DNA of 54,199 nucleotides, from assembly GCA_041611735.1 (NCBI GenBank), contig JBFIML010000029.1:1-54199 (forward strand), given 5' to 3'. Source of the DNA: Myxococcota bacterium. GTDB lineage: Bacteria; Myxococcota_A; UBA9160; PR03. Below the pieces are notes generated by a model. The model saw only the letters and a list, made by a program, of their open reading frames with translations. It made no database searches and was not told where the DNA came from. Every line of letters begins with the position of its first letter. Within the stretch, counting starts at the first letter, position 1. Made by a program: the position numbers and the translations under genes. This document shows positions 16,995 to 26,642 of the stretch, one piece after another.

Positions 16995-19421
16995 ATGGAT
17001 CCTTCCGCCTTCGTGCGCGGGTTCTCCGAGCTCGGCATGGACGACGTGCCGAGCGTCGGCGGCAAGAACGCCTCGCTCGGCGAGATGGTGCGCGCCCTGG
17101 CGAGCCGCGGCGTGGCGGTCCCGGACGGCTTCGCACTGACCGCCGACGCCTACCGCTTCTTCCTGGCCGAGGCGGGCCTCGCCCAGGAGATCCCCCGCGT
17201 GCTCGCGGGACTCGACACCCACGACGTCTACGATCTGCGCCGGCGCGGCGCCCGGGTGCGGGAAGCGATCCTGGGCGCCCGCCTTCCGGAAGCCCTGGAG
17301 CGCGCCATCCGGGACGCCTATGCGCGGCTGTGCGCCGAGACCGGCGACGAGCTGGACGTGGCGGTGCGCAGCAGTGCCACCGCCGAGGACCTGCCCGACG
17401 CGAGCTTCGCCGGCCAGCAGGAGACCTACCTGAACGTGAGGGGGCCCACGGCGCTGCTGGACGCCTGCCGGCGCTGCTTCGCCTCCCTGTACACGGACCG
17501 CGCCATCTCCTACCGGGCGGACAAGGGATTCGATGCCACCCCCATTGCCCTCTCCATCGGCGTGCAGCGCATGGTGCGCTCGGACCTGGCCACCTCCGGT
17601 GTCCTGTTCTCCGTCGACACGGAGACCGGCTTTCGGGACGCCGTGCTCATCAACGCCGCCTACGGGCTGGGCGAGAACGTGGTGCAGGGTGTCGTCAACC
17701 CGGACGAGTACACGGTCTTCAAGCCCACCCTGAAGCAGGGCTACCGGCCCATCGTCCGGCGCGTGCTCGGCAGCAAGGAGGTGAAGCTGGTCTACGCGTC
17801 GGGGGGCGTCCGGGGTCTGCGCAACGTCCCCGTTCCGGTCGAGGATCGCGAACGCTTCGCCCTCGACGACGAGGAGGTCCTCACCCTGGCACGCTGGGCG
17901 TGTGTGATCGAGGACCACTACAGCAGCCGGCGCGGACACCCCACGCCCATGGACATCGAGTGGGCCAAGGACGGACGCTCGGGCGAGCTCTTCATCGTGC
18001 AGGCGCGCCCGGAGACCGTGCACTCCCGGCGCCGTCTCGACGTGCTCGAGGTGCACCGCCTGCGCGAGCACGGCAGGCCCCTGGTGAGCGGCCGCAGCAT
18101 CGGCGACCGCATCGCCCAGGGTCCCGTCCGCGTGATCCTCGACGCTCGCGACCTGCACCGCTTCGCGACCGGCGAGGTGCTGGTCACCGACAGCACGGAT
18201 CCCGACTGGGAGCCGATCATGAAGCGCGCCGCCGCCATCGTCACCAACCGCGGCGGACGCACCTGCCACGCGGCCATCGTGGCGCGCGAGCTCGGGGTGC
18301 CGGCGATCGTAGGAGCGCAGGCTGCCACCGGGGTGCTGCACGATGGCCAGGAGGTGACCGTCTCCTGCGCGGAGGGGGAAACCGGCCACGTCTACGAGGG
18401 TCGCCTGGCCGTGGACGTGGAGCGCATCGAGCTCGCCAACCTGGCTCGCCCCCGCACGCGGATCCTCCTGAACGTGGCCAACCCCGAGGAGGCCTTTCGG
18501 CTCTCCTTCCTGCCCAACGACGGCGTCGGCCTGGCCCGCCTGGAGTTCATCATCAATACGGAGGTGCGCATCCATCCCATGGCGCTCGTCGCCTGGAACC
18601 AGGTGGAAGACCCGGAGGTGCGCGCGGAGATCGAGCGACTCACCCGGGGCTACCCGGACAAGCCGAGCTACTTCGTGGACCGCCTGGCCGAGGGCGTGGC
18701 CACCATCGCGGCGGCCTTCCATCCCAAGGACGTGATCGTCCGCATGAGCGACTTCAAGTCCAACGAGTACGCCAACTTGATCGGGGGGCGCGGGTTCGAG
18801 CCGAAGGAGGAGAACCCCATGCTCGGCTTCCGGGGCGCCTCACGCTACTACGATCCCCGCTACCGGGACGGCTTCGCGCTCGAGTGCCGCGCCATGAAGA
18901 AGGTGCGCGACGAGATGGGGCTCGAGAACGTCAAGCTGATGATCCCCTTCTGCCGCACGCCGGAGGAGGGACGTCGCGTGCAGGCGGAGCTGGAGAAGCA
19001 CGGCCTGCGGCGTGGGGAGCGCGGGCTGGAGCTGTACGTGATGTGCGAGATCCCCAGCAACGTGCTGCGCGCCGACGAGTTTGCCGAGCTGTTCGACGGC
19101 TTCTCCATCGGCTCGAACGACCTGACCCAGCTCACCCTCGGGGTGGACCGGGATTCGGAGCTGCTGGCCGCGCTCTTCGACGAGCGGGACCCGGCGGTGC
19201 GCGCCATGGTGGCCCTGGCGGTGCGGGCCGCCCGGGCCCGGGGGCGCAAGATCGGCATCTGCGGCCAGGCCCCCAGCGACTATCCGGAGTTCGCGGAGTT
19301 CCTGGTGGAGATCGGGATCGACAGCATCTCGCTCAACCCGGACGCGGTCGTGAGGACGCTGCAGCGCATCCGGGACCAGGAAGAGAAGCTGGAGGCCTCC
19401 GGGAGCCGCTCGGGCACCTAG
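16995..19421 (+). CDS. ppsA: Phosphoenolpyruvate synthase (pyruvate,water dikinase)
   Basis: VGGKNASLGEM, AVRSSATAEDLPDASFAGQQET, GGRTCHAAI (phospho-His), EENPMLGFRG, FSIGSNDLTQ. Confidence 0.96.
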   Translation: MDPSAFVRGFSELGMDDVPSVGGKNASLGEMVRALASRGVAVPDGFALTADAYRFFLAEAGLAQEIPRVLAGLDTHDVYDLRRRGARVREAILGARLPEALERAIRDAYARLCAETGDELDVAVRSSATAEDLPDASFAGQQETYLNVRGPTALLDACRRCFASLYTDRAISYRADKGFDATPIALSIGVQRMVRSDLATSGVLFSVDTETGFRDAVLINAAYGLGENVVQGVVNPDEYTVFKPTLKQGYRPIVRRVLGSKEVKLVYASGGVRGLRNVPVPVEDRERFALDDEEVLTLARWACVIEDHYSSRRGHPTPMDIEWAKDGRSGELFIVQARPETVHSRRRLDVLEVHRLREHGRPLVSGRSIGDRIAQGPVRVILDARDLHRFATGEVLVTDSTDPDWEPIMKRAAAIVTNRGGRTCHAAIVARELGVPAIVGAQAATGVLHDGQEVTVSCAEGETGHVYEGRLAVDVERIELANLARPRTRILLNVANPEEAFRLSFLPNDGVGLARLEFIINTEVRIHPMALVAWNQVEDPEVRAEIERLTRGYPDKPSYFVDRLAEGVATIAAAFHPKDVIVRMSDFKSNEYANLIGGRGFEPKEENPMLGFRGASRYYDPRYRDGFALECRAMKKVRDEMGLENVKLMIPFCRTPEEGRRVQAELEKHGLRRGERGLELYVMCEIPSNVLRADEFAELFDGFSIGSNDLTQLTLGVDRDSELLAALFDERDPAVRAMVALAVRAARARGRKIGICGQAPSDYPEFAEFLVEIGIDSISLNPDAVVRTLQRIRDQEEKLEASGSRSGT

Positions 19422-19837
19422 GCCTGGCCGCGGGCCACCAGGGTCACGAAGTCCGCCTCGGTCAGGATTCCCACCAGCTGGCCGCCCTCCAGCACCGGCA
19501 GGCAGCCGAGCTTGCGGGTCAGCATGAGGCGGGCCGCCTCCTCCAGGGGGGTGTCGGGGCTGGTGGTCTGAAGCTCCGCGCTCATCACGTCCTTCACCAC
19601 GAGCAGGCCGAGCATCTTCTGCTGCGCCACCTGGCCGTAGCCCAGGGCCCGGCCCAGGGCGCCCCGGAACAAGTCCCGCTGGCTCACGAGGCCCACCAGC
19701 TCCTCGCCCTCGTCGTCGAGCACCGGCATGTGGCGGATGCGGCCGAGGCGCATCACGTCGTCGGCAATGGTGAGCTTGTCGTTGCGGCGCAAGGTGGCCA
19801 CCTCGCGCGTCATGACGTCCCGCACTCGCAAGCCCAC
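19418..19837 (-). CDS. CBS-pair protein (AcuB-like)
   Basis: IRHMPV, GLVSQRD, LGCLPV, GILTEAD; GTG 19837 after AGGAGG. Confidence 0.87.
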   Translation of the reverse strand: MGLRVRDVMTREVATLRRNDKLTIADDVMRLGRIRHMPVLDDEGEELVGLVSQRDLFRGALGRALGYGQVAQQKMLGLLVVKDVMSAELQTTSPDTPLEEAARLMLTRKLGCLPVLEGGQLVGILTEADFVTLVARGQA

Positions 19838-19956
19838 TGGCGGTCCTCCTGGACCCCGCAATCTAGCCCCGGGTCGTCGACCCGTCGAAGCGGGCCAGGC
19901 GGCTTCGCTGCCAACCGCTTGCCTCCCCGGGAGGAAATCGCTTTCATCCCGGGTCG

Positions 19957-21234
19957 ATGTCGCGTTCGGCCAGCCTCGAGGAGCGCCTCGCGTTCCTCGG
20001 CCTGATGGAAGCCGACCTCCTCCTCTTGGGGGAGCTGCGGCCACTGCTCGAGCAGCATGCGGAAGGCCTGGTGGACGCCTTCTACCAGCATCTGCTGGCC
20101 TTCGAGCCGACCCGGCGCCTGCTGGCGGATCCCCAGGTGAAGGACCGGCTGCTGGGCAAGCAGCGCGACTACCTGCTGAGCCTGAGCGAGCCGCGCGTGG
20201 ACTCCGCCTATGAGGCCGAGCGCGTCCGCATCGGCGAGGTGCACGAGCACGTGGGCCTCGAGCCGCGTTGGTACCTGGGCGCCTACGGCGTCTATTTCTC
20301 CCTGCTGGTTCCCGTGATCTGCGAGGCCTTCGGCTCGGACCCCAACCGCACCGAGCGCATGGTGGCGGCGGTGGTGAAGCGGCTCCTGCTCGACGCGCAG
20401 CTCGCCATGGAGGCGTACATGGCGCGCCGCGAGGCGGAGCTCGAGCACCTGAACCGGGAGCTCGCTTCCCTGAGTCGAGGCCTGGCCCAGGAGGTGAAGG
20501 AGAGCCACTTCTCCCTGCGCGAGACGGAGCGCCGCGCGCGGGCGGCCGAGGAGCTCGCCTCCACGGCCACCCTGGTCGCCGGCCTCGCCCACGAGATCGG
20601 GACGCCCCTCGGCGTGATCCGGGGTCACGCCGAGGCCCTGGACACCGCGGTCCAGGGCGAGCGCCCCCAGTGGCGCCTGCGCACGATCCGCGCGCAGATC
20701 GATCGCATCTCGAAGATCATCGAGGCGCTGCTGAACATGGCCCGCCCGCGGGAGTCCGTGCGCGTGCCGGTCGCCCTCGACGAGATCCTGGAGGTGACCC
20801 TGGCCTTCGTGTCCGAGAAGCTGCGTCGGCGCGGCATCCAGGTGGTGCGGGACCTGCGTCCGGTGCCCCCCATCGCCGGCGACCCGGAGAAGCTCCAGCA
20901 GCTCTGGCTGAACCTGTTCCTGAACGCCGCGGACGCCATGCCGGAAGGCGGACAGCTGGGCGTCCGGCTGCGGGCGGAGGAGCCGGAGCGGGTCGAGGTG
21001 CACGTCTCGGACACCGGCGCCGGCATCGACCCGGACGCCCTGCCGCACATCTTCGAGCCCTTCTACACCACCAAGCCGCCGGGCCGGGGCAGCGGTCTGG
21101 GCCTGCTGGTGGCGCGCGGCATCGTGCTCGACCACGGCGGCTCGATCGACGTCTGGAGCGAGCCGGGCAAGGGCTCGGAGTTCCGGATCTCGCTGCCCGC
21201 GGGCTCCAGCGGAAGGCAGCCTCCGAGCGCCTGA
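19957..21234 (+). CDS. Globin-coupled sensor histidine kinase
   Basis: N-terminal sensor globin (LAFLGL, VDAFYQHL with B10 Tyr, RIGEVHEHVGLEPRWYLGAY with proximal His), then HisKA AHEIGTPL and HATPase NAADA/DTGAGI/FEPFYTTK/GSGLGL. No TM segments; same architecture as Anaeromyxobacter AfGcHK. Confidence 0.88.
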   Translation: MSRSASLEERLAFLGLMEADLLLLGELRPLLEQHAEGLVDAFYQHLLAFEPTRRLLADPQVKDRLLGKQRDYLLSLSEPRVDSAYEAERVRIGEVHEHVGLEPRWYLGAYGVYFSLLVPVICEAFGSDPNRTERMVAAVVKRLLLDAQLAMEAYMARREAELEHLNRELASLSRGLAQEVKESHFSLRETERRARAAEELASTATLVAGLAHEIGTPLGVIRGHAEALDTAVQGERPQWRLRTIRAQIDRISKIIEALLNMARPRESVRVPVALDEILEVTLAFVSEKLRRRGIQVVRDLRPVPPIAGDPEKLQQLWLNLFLNAADAMPEGGQLGVRLRAEEPERVEVHVSDTGAGIDPDALPHIFEPFYTTKPPGRGSGLGLLVARGIVLDHGGSIDVWSEPGKGSEFRISLPAGSSGRQPPSA

Positions 21235-21258
21235 CCCCCAGGGAAAACGACCGGCGTG

Positions 21259-21275
21259 TGTGGCGCCGTGCCCCA
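21259..21275. promoter_or_regulatory. Candidate enhancer (UAS) palindrome
   Basis: TGTGGCG-CCG-TGCCCCA; degenerate second copy at 21279-21295. Confidence 0.45.
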
Positions 21276-21333
21276 TCCTGTGTATGAATGTCCCTGAGGG
21301 AGCGTCCGGAGCGTCCTTCGCTGGCCGGTGGGC

Positions 21334-21349
21334 TGGCACGGGTTCTGCT
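21334..21349 (+). promoter_or_regulatory. sigma54 -24/-12 promoter for the response regulator-USP genes
   Basis: TGGCACGGGTTCTGCT, ~18 nt upstream of ATG 21367. Confidence 0.72.
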
Positions 21350-21366
21350 TCGCTTCGAGGTTCGTG

Positions 21367-22746
21367 ATGGCAGACGTCCGCTCCGTCCTGGTCGTCGACG
21401 ACGAAGCCGCCATGCGCGAGATGGTCGTCTCGCTGCTCGAAGACGAGGGCATCCACGCGGCGGCGGCCGGCACCGCCGACGAGGCGTGCGAGAGCCTGCG
21501 CGAGCACGAGGTGGACGCGGTCCTCTCCGACATCCGCATGCCCGGACGCACCGGTGTCGAGCTGCTCGGCGAGATCCGCGAGCTGCGGCCGGGCACGCCG
21601 GTGATCCTGATGACCGCCTTCGGGAGTATCGACTCGGCGGTGGAGGCCATGCGGGCGGGAGCATTCGATTACGTCACCAAGCCCTTCAAGCGCGACGAGC
21701 TGCTCGTGACCCTCGAGCGCGCCTTCGAGCGCCGCGCCCTGGAGGAGGAGAACCGCCGGCTGCGCGCGGCCGTGGACCGCACCAGCTCCTTCGGCGACCT
21801 GATCGGAGCGAGCCCCGCCATGCGCGAGATCTTCGCCCTGATCCGCAAGATCGCCGACAGTCGTAGCAGCGTGCTGATCACGGGCGAGAGCGGGACCGGC
21901 AAGGAGATCGTGGCCCGCACCATCCACTTCTCCGGCGCCCGCTCCCGCCGCCCCTTCGTGCCGATCAACTGCACCGCCATTCCGGAGGGTCTGCTGGAGA
22001 GCGAGCTGTTCGGCCACCTGCGCGGTTCCTTCACGGGGGCCCACGCCACCAAGCGGGGTCTGTTCGAGCAGGCGGCGGGCGGCACGCTCTTTCTGGACGA
22101 GATCGGGGACATGGGCCTGGGCCTGCAGGGAAAGCTCCTGCGCGTGCTGCAGGACCGGGAGATTCGCCCCGTGGGCAGCACCCACACCGTGAAGGTGGAC
22201 GTGCGCATCATCGCCGCCACCAACCGCGAACTGAAGACCGAGATCGAGGAAAGCCGCTTCCGCCGCGATCTCTTCTATCGCCTGAACGTGATCCCGATCC
22301 ACATCCCCCCGCTACGCGAGCGACCCGAGGACGTGGCGCCGCTGGCGGAGACCTTCCTGCGCAAGCACGGAGAGGGCCGGCCGCGGCGTGTCTCGGCGAC
22401 CGCCCTGGAGCGGCTCCGGCGCTGTCGCTGGGAGGGCAACGCCCGTGAGCTGGAGAACGTGCTCGAGCGCGCGCTCGCGCTCTCGGACAAGCCCGAGATC
22501 GGCCCCGACGACCTGCCTCTGGTCGAGCACGAGGAGGTGGCGGCTCCGGAGCCCGAAGAGCTGCTGCGCGCTGCGGTGGAGCGACGCTTCACCCTGGGCG
22601 AGCTCGAGGAGCTCTACATCGACCAGGTGCTGCGCGAGACCGGGGGCAACAAGGTTCAGGCCGCTCGCATTCTCGGCATCAATCGGCGCACGCTCTACCG
22701 GCGCGGGGAGCGCTCCCGCCGCCAGCTGGAGGAGAAGGCTTCGTGA
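21367..22746 (+). CDS. NtrC-family sigma54-dependent response regulator (REC-AAA+-Fis HTH)
   Basis: VLVVDD, SDIRMP, GESGTGKE, ELFGHLRGSFTGA, LFLDEIG, DLFYRLNV, WEGNARELEN, AARILGINRRTLYR. Confidence 0.95.
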   Translation: MADVRSVLVVDDEAAMREMVVSLLEDEGIHAAAAGTADEACESLREHEVDAVLSDIRMPGRTGVELLGEIRELRPGTPVILMTAFGSIDSAVEAMRAGAFDYVTKPFKRDELLVTLERAFERRALEEENRRLRAAVDRTSSFGDLIGASPAMREIFALIRKIADSRSSVLITGESGTGKEIVARTIHFSGARSRRPFVPINCTAIPEGLLESELFGHLRGSFTGAHATKRGLFEQAAGGTLFLDEIGDMGLGLQGKLLRVLQDREIRPVGSTHTVKVDVRIIAATNRELKTEIEESRFRRDLFYRLNVIPIHIPPLRERPEDVAPLAETFLRKHGEGRPRRVSATALERLRRCRWEGNARELENVLERALALSDKPEIGPDDLPLVEHEEVAAPEPEELLRAAVERRFTLGELEELYIDQVLRETGGNKVQAARILGINRRTLYRRGERSRRQLEEKAS

Positions 22747-23189
22747 CCCGCTTCCGTACCCTGCTGGTCCCCGTGGACTTCTCGAAGCATTCCGAGGCCG
22801 CGCTCGAGCTGGCCGGGGGGCTGGCCAAGACTCTCGGAGCCAAGGTGCACCTGGTGCACGCCTACGAGCTGCCCGTGGGCGTGACGGCGGCCTACGGGGT
22901 GGCGATTCCCGAGGCGGTCTGGACCGGCATGCGCGAGGCCGCCAGCACGCGGCTCGAGAAGGCCCGCCAGAAGCTCGAGGTGGCGGGCGTGAAGAGCGAA
23001 GCGCACGTGGTGGCATCGACCCCGGTGGAGGCGATCACCGAGCTGGCGCGCTCGCTCCCGGCGGACCTGATCGTGATGGGGACGCGCGGCCTGACGGGCC
23101 TCAAGCACGTGCTGCTCGGCAGCGTGGCCGAACGCACTCTGCGCACGGCCCCCTGCCCCGTCCTCACCGTGAAGGGCGCCGACGACTGA
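22743..23189 (+). CDS. Universal stress protein
   Basis: LVPVDFS, LIVMGTRG..LGSVAE, PCPVLTV; GTGA coupling to the regulator. Confidence 0.92.
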   Translation: MTRFRTLLVPVDFSKHSEAALELAGGLAKTLGAKVHLVHAYELPVGVTAAYGVAIPEAVWTGMREAASTRLEKARQKLEVAGVKSEAHVVASTPVEAITELARSLPADLIVMGTRGLTGLKHVLLGSVAERTLRTAPCPVLTVKGADD

Positions 23190-23317
23190 TCGCGTCGAGG
23201 GGCGGGTGCCTCCAGCGGGGTCTCGGTGGCCATCCGCCAGCCCGGGGGAGCGCGGGAGGCTCGGGCGTGCAGCGCGGCATGGGGCATCGGGCCTCGGCGA
23301 GGCGGTCCGCCCTGGGG

Positions 23318-23800
23318 CTAGCCGCGGGGCGGCTCCTTCTCCAGCAGCGAGATCAAGTCGAAGCTGGAGAGGATCCCGGCCAGGCGACCGTCCTCCACCA
23401 CCAGCACCCGGTGAACGTGCTGCCGGCGCAAGGTCCGCGCCACCTCGGCGATGGGCGCGTCGGCGGGCACCGTCACCACCTCCTCGGTCATGGCGTCGGC
23501 CACGCTGAGCTGAGCGAGGCGGTCCTGGAGATCCTCCGGCGGGGCGCCCCAGTCGGGGCCCGAGAACTCCAGGAGCTCGCGAAAATAGACCGGCGCGCTG
23601 GCCGCCGTCTCGTGCTCTTCCTCCACGGCGCGCAGCAGATCGAGGGTCGTGATGACGCCGATCACGGTGCCTTCGTCGCTCACCACGGGGGCGCCGTGGA
23701 TCTCCTCCTCGACGAAGAGCCGGTGCACATCCAGCAGCCGCGTCTCCGGCGAGACGCTCAGCACGTGGGTCTGCATGAGGTCGCGGGCCAGGACGCTCAT
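23318..23800 (-). CDS. CBS-pair protein
   Basis: IHGAPVV, GVITTLD, VHRVLVV, GILSSFD; AAGGAG RBS. Confidence 0.88.
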   Translation of the reverse strand: MSVLARDLMQTHVLSVSPETRLLDVHRLFVEEEIHGAPVVSDEGTVIGVITTLDLLRAVEEEHETAASAPVYFRELLEFSGPDWGAPPEDLQDRLAQLSVADAMTEEVVTVPADAPIAEVARTLRRQHVHRVLVVEDGRLAGILSSFDLISLLEKEPPRG

Positions 23801-23833
23801 GGGGGGCTCCTTTCCGGTCCGATGCGTTCCGTT

Positions 23834-23849
23834 TGCACGAGCCATGCCA
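23834..23849 (-). promoter_or_regulatory. sigma54 -24/-12 promoter for the CBS gene
   Basis: Minus strand TGGCATGGCTCGTGCA. Confidence 0.62.
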
Positions 23850-23876
23850 GCCGTGCCCCTGGCAGTCGGGCCGGGC

Positions 23877-23892
23877 GGGCACGACGCTTGCT
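23877..23892 (+). promoter_or_regulatory. sigma54 -24/-12 promoter for the kinase-CBS genes
   Basis: GGGCACGACGCTTGCT, ~25 nt upstream of ATG 23917. Confidence 0.72.
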
Positions 23893-23916
23893 CCCCCACA
23901 CGCGGGAGGAGCCTGC

Positions 23917-25572
23917 ATGATCGCCTCCGGCGGGGCGTCCGTCGAGAAGCTACCGGCGGGCCTTCCCGAGGGCCTGGCCCGGGTCTCGGCTTACCCCGGG
24001 GACGCCAGCGCCCGGGACGGTGTCCAGTGGGTGCAGACCCACCTCTCCCACGTCTTCCTCACCGGAGAGCGCGTCTACAAGCTTCGCAAGGCCGTGGACC
24101 TCGGCTTCGTGGACTTCTCGACCCGCGCCCTCCGCAACCAGGACTGCCTGCGGGAGGTGGCGCTCAACCGGCGCCTGGCCCCGGACGTCTACCTGGGCGT
24201 GGCCCCCGTCGAGGGGGGCGGCACACCCCACGTGGGCCCGCTCGCCGAGGCCCTGGCGCCCTGCGGGCCGCACGGCGCGACCTCCGAGCATTGCGTGGTC
24301 ATGCGGCGCCTGCCCGACGGGCGCGACGCCCTGAGCCTGCTCCAGGCCGGGCGCCTGCGCTCGCGTCACCTGGACGCGGTGGCCGCCCGCATCGCCCGCT
24401 TCCACGAGGCAGCCCGTCTGGGCGTGCCCGCACCCTTCTCGCCCGAGGCGTGGCGCGCTCGCCTGTGGGCCCCGGTGGAGGAGACGCTCGGGGCGCTGGC
24501 GTCCGAGGCGGGCGGCGCTCGGGTCTCCCGGGTCAGCCGCGAGCGGGTCCTCGCCCGGGCCCGGTCCTTCTTCGACGACCACGCGGACCGCTTCGAAGCG
24601 CGCCGCCGGGATGGACGCGCCGTGGACGGCCACGGGGACCTGCATCTCCAGCACGTCTGGTTCGAGAGCGAGGCGCCCGAGCCCCTGTTCGTCGACTGCA
24701 TCGAGTTCCGCGAGGACCTGCGCCGCATCGACGCCGCCGCCGAGGTGGCGTTCCTGGCCATGGACCTGACCTACCGCCGTCGGCGCCGGTTCGCGGCGCG
24801 CTTCCTGCGCCGCTATGCCCGCGAGAGCGACGACTTCGATCTCTACGGCGTGGTGGACTTCTACGTGAGCTACCGCGCCGCGGTGCGCGCCAAGGTGGCC
24901 GCGCTGGCTGCCGGGGAGCCCGAGATCGCACCGGTCCAGCGAGCCGCGTCGGTGCGCAGTGCGCGTCGCCACCTGGCCCTGGCGGAGCGGGCGCTGGCGC
25001 CGCGCCGCCGCGGCGCCCTCGTCCTGCTCACCGGGATCATCGGCACCGGCAAGAGCTCGGCCGCCGAGTTGGTGGCCGACGAGCTGGAGGGCGTCGTGAT
25101 CGCCTCGGACCGCGTGCGCAAGCGCCTGGCCGGACTGCCCCTCACGGCGCCGTTCGAGGCCGGCATGGACCCGGAGCTCTATGGGCCCGAGCGCGTCGAG
25201 GCGGTCTATGGGGCCCTGCTCCCGCGCGCCGCGCCCGTGGTGGACTCCGGACGCGTGGCCGTGCTGGACGCCAGCTACGACCGGGCCTCCCGCCGGGCCG
25301 CGGCGCGACGCTGGGCCCAGGCGCGCGGCGTGCCCTTCTGGATCGTCGAGACGCGCTGCGCGGAGCCCGTGGTGCTGGCGCGACTGGCGCGTCGGCGGGC
25401 CGCGGGGCAAGATCCCTCGGACGCGGGTCCGGAGCTGTACCGGGCCAAGGCCGCGCAGTACGAGTCCGTGGAGGCCGACGCGCCGGGCGAGCACGTGGTG
25501 ATCCACACCGACGCAGCCGGCTGGCGCACCCGGGCGCGCAAGCTCGCGCGGCGTCTGGCAGGCAGCCGCTGA
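23917..25572 (+). CDS. Bifunctional aminoglycoside-phosphotransferase-like/P-loop (AAA_33) kinase, Rv2004c-like
   Basis: QTHLSHVFL, YKLRKAVDLGFVDFST, NRRLAPDVYLG, HGDLHL, DCIEF; C-terminal GIIGTGKS, SDRVRK, VLDAS. Confidence 0.88.
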   Translation: MIASGGASVEKLPAGLPEGLARVSAYPGDASARDGVQWVQTHLSHVFLTGERVYKLRKAVDLGFVDFSTRALRNQDCLREVALNRRLAPDVYLGVAPVEGGGTPHVGPLAEALAPCGPHGATSEHCVVMRRLPDGRDALSLLQAGRLRSRHLDAVAARIARFHEAARLGVPAPFSPEAWRARLWAPVEETLGALASEAGGARVSRVSRERVLARARSFFDDHADRFEARRRDGRAVDGHGDLHLQHVWFESEAPEPLFVDCIEFREDLRRIDAAAEVAFLAMDLTYRRRRRFAARFLRRYARESDDFDLYGVVDFYVSYRAAVRAKVAALAAGEPEIAPVQRAASVRSARRHLALAERALAPRRRGALVLLTGIIGTGKSSAAELVADELEGVVIASDRVRKRLAGLPLTAPFEAGMDPELYGPERVEAVYGALLPRAAPVVDSGRVAVLDASYDRASRRAAARRWAQARGVPFWIVETRCAEPVVLARLARRRAAGQDPSDAGPELYRAKAAQYESVEADAPGEHVVIHTDAAGWRTRARKLARRLAGSR

Positions 25573-25607
25573 CGCGAGCGCGCGGCGGATGAAGAAGGAG
25601 GTCGGGG

Positions 25608-26072
25608 ATGGCAAAGCACCGGGTGGCGGATTTCATGAGCCGGAAGGTGGTGAGCCTGCGGCCCGACGCGAGCGTGCGCGAGGCGGAGGCCCTGCTGGCG
25701 AAGCACGGCATCGGCGGGGCTCCGGTGGTGGACGAGCATGGCCGCGTGCGGGGCGTCGTGTCCCAGCGCGACCTGGTGCGCCTGGAGGCCACACCGGCCA
25801 CCGCCGGCCAGAGCGGCGAGTTCTACACCGACATGGAGGAGTTTCGGGACCTGGCAAAGACGCCCGTCGAGCGGCACGGCACCCCGGTCGAGAAGGTCAT
25901 GACGACGAACGTGATCCAGGTCGGGCCGGACGCGGAGGTAGCCGAGGCGGCCCGGACCATGCGCGCGCACCGCGTTCACCGCCTGCTGGTGATCGACGGC
26001 CAGGTGCTGGTGGGGATCCTGACCGCCCAGGACCTCCTGCGCGCCCTGGAGGAGCAGCCCGCTACTCCGTGA
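25608..26072 (+). CDS. CBS-pair protein
   Basis: IGGAPVV, GVVSQRD, VHRLLV, GILTAQD; AAGGAGG RBS. Confidence 0.88.
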   Translation: MAKHRVADFMSRKVVSLRPDASVREAEALLAKHGIGGAPVVDEHGRVRGVVSQRDLVRLEATPATAGQSGEFYTDMEEFRDLAKTPVERHGTPVEKVMTTNVIQVGPDAEVAEAARTMRAHRVHRLLVIDGQVLVGILTAQDLLRALEEQPATP

Positions 26073-26478
26073 CCTGGATGCTCTCCAGGTAGTCGAGGAT
26101 CACGAGGATGCGGCCGCGCTGGCCCACGCTCTTGCCGGCACTCTCCGGCATCCCGAGCAGCAGGCGATCCCCCCAGACCGGCATGTCGCCGGGCCCGTGG
26201 GCGCGTACGTAGCGACGGCCGTCGATGAACTCGGTGAGCATGGGCTTGGGCAGCGGCGTGCCGTAGCGCTGGGCCAGGCGCGTCAGGTCCGCGGGGCGCT
26301 CCTTGAGCACCGGGGCCAGGGGGCCCCGACCGTCGGCATAGATCCCGTGGCACGAGGCGCAGTACTGGCGGTAGGTGGCGTAGGCCGGATGACCGTCCTC
26401 CAGGCGCCCCGGTCCGGGCTCCGCCGCGCCCCAGGCGCAGGCCGCCAGCAACAACGATCCGGTCACCGCTCTCCGCAT
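26062..26478 (-). CDS. Monoheme cytochrome c
   Basis: Signal peptide, YCASCHG, PADLT, HGPGDMPVWG; GGAGG RBS. Confidence 0.87.
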   Translation of the reverse strand: MRRAVTGSLLLAACAWGAAEPGPGRLEDGHPAYATYRQYCASCHGIYADGRGPLAPVLKERPADLTRLAQRYGTPLPKPMLTEFIDGRRYVRAHGPGDMPVWGDRLLLGMPESAGKSVGQRGRILVILDYLESIQVTE

Positions 26479-26642
26479 GCATCCTCCCTGCCTTCCAGGC
26501 CTCCCCCAATGCGCTCCTCCACCTACCACGCTGGCGTTCCCGCGTGCAAGGGAGAGGCGGAGCGCGTCGCACCGGCCTCCGAGGAAGTCTCCAGACGAAC
26601 CCGCCTCAAGGGCGGTGCCACGCGCTGCCGATGAAACGAGGG

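Noticed and set aside
19908-19923. sigma54-like element upstream of the globin kinase (similar near-matches at ~6575, ~16343 and ~26532)
   Set aside because: They lack the invariant GG or have 11-nt spacing, so they were not counted.
23917-25572. Aminoglycoside resistance gene
   Set aside because: The APH-like fold fused to a P-loop domain matches the widespread Rv2004c-type family; there is no evidence for resistance.
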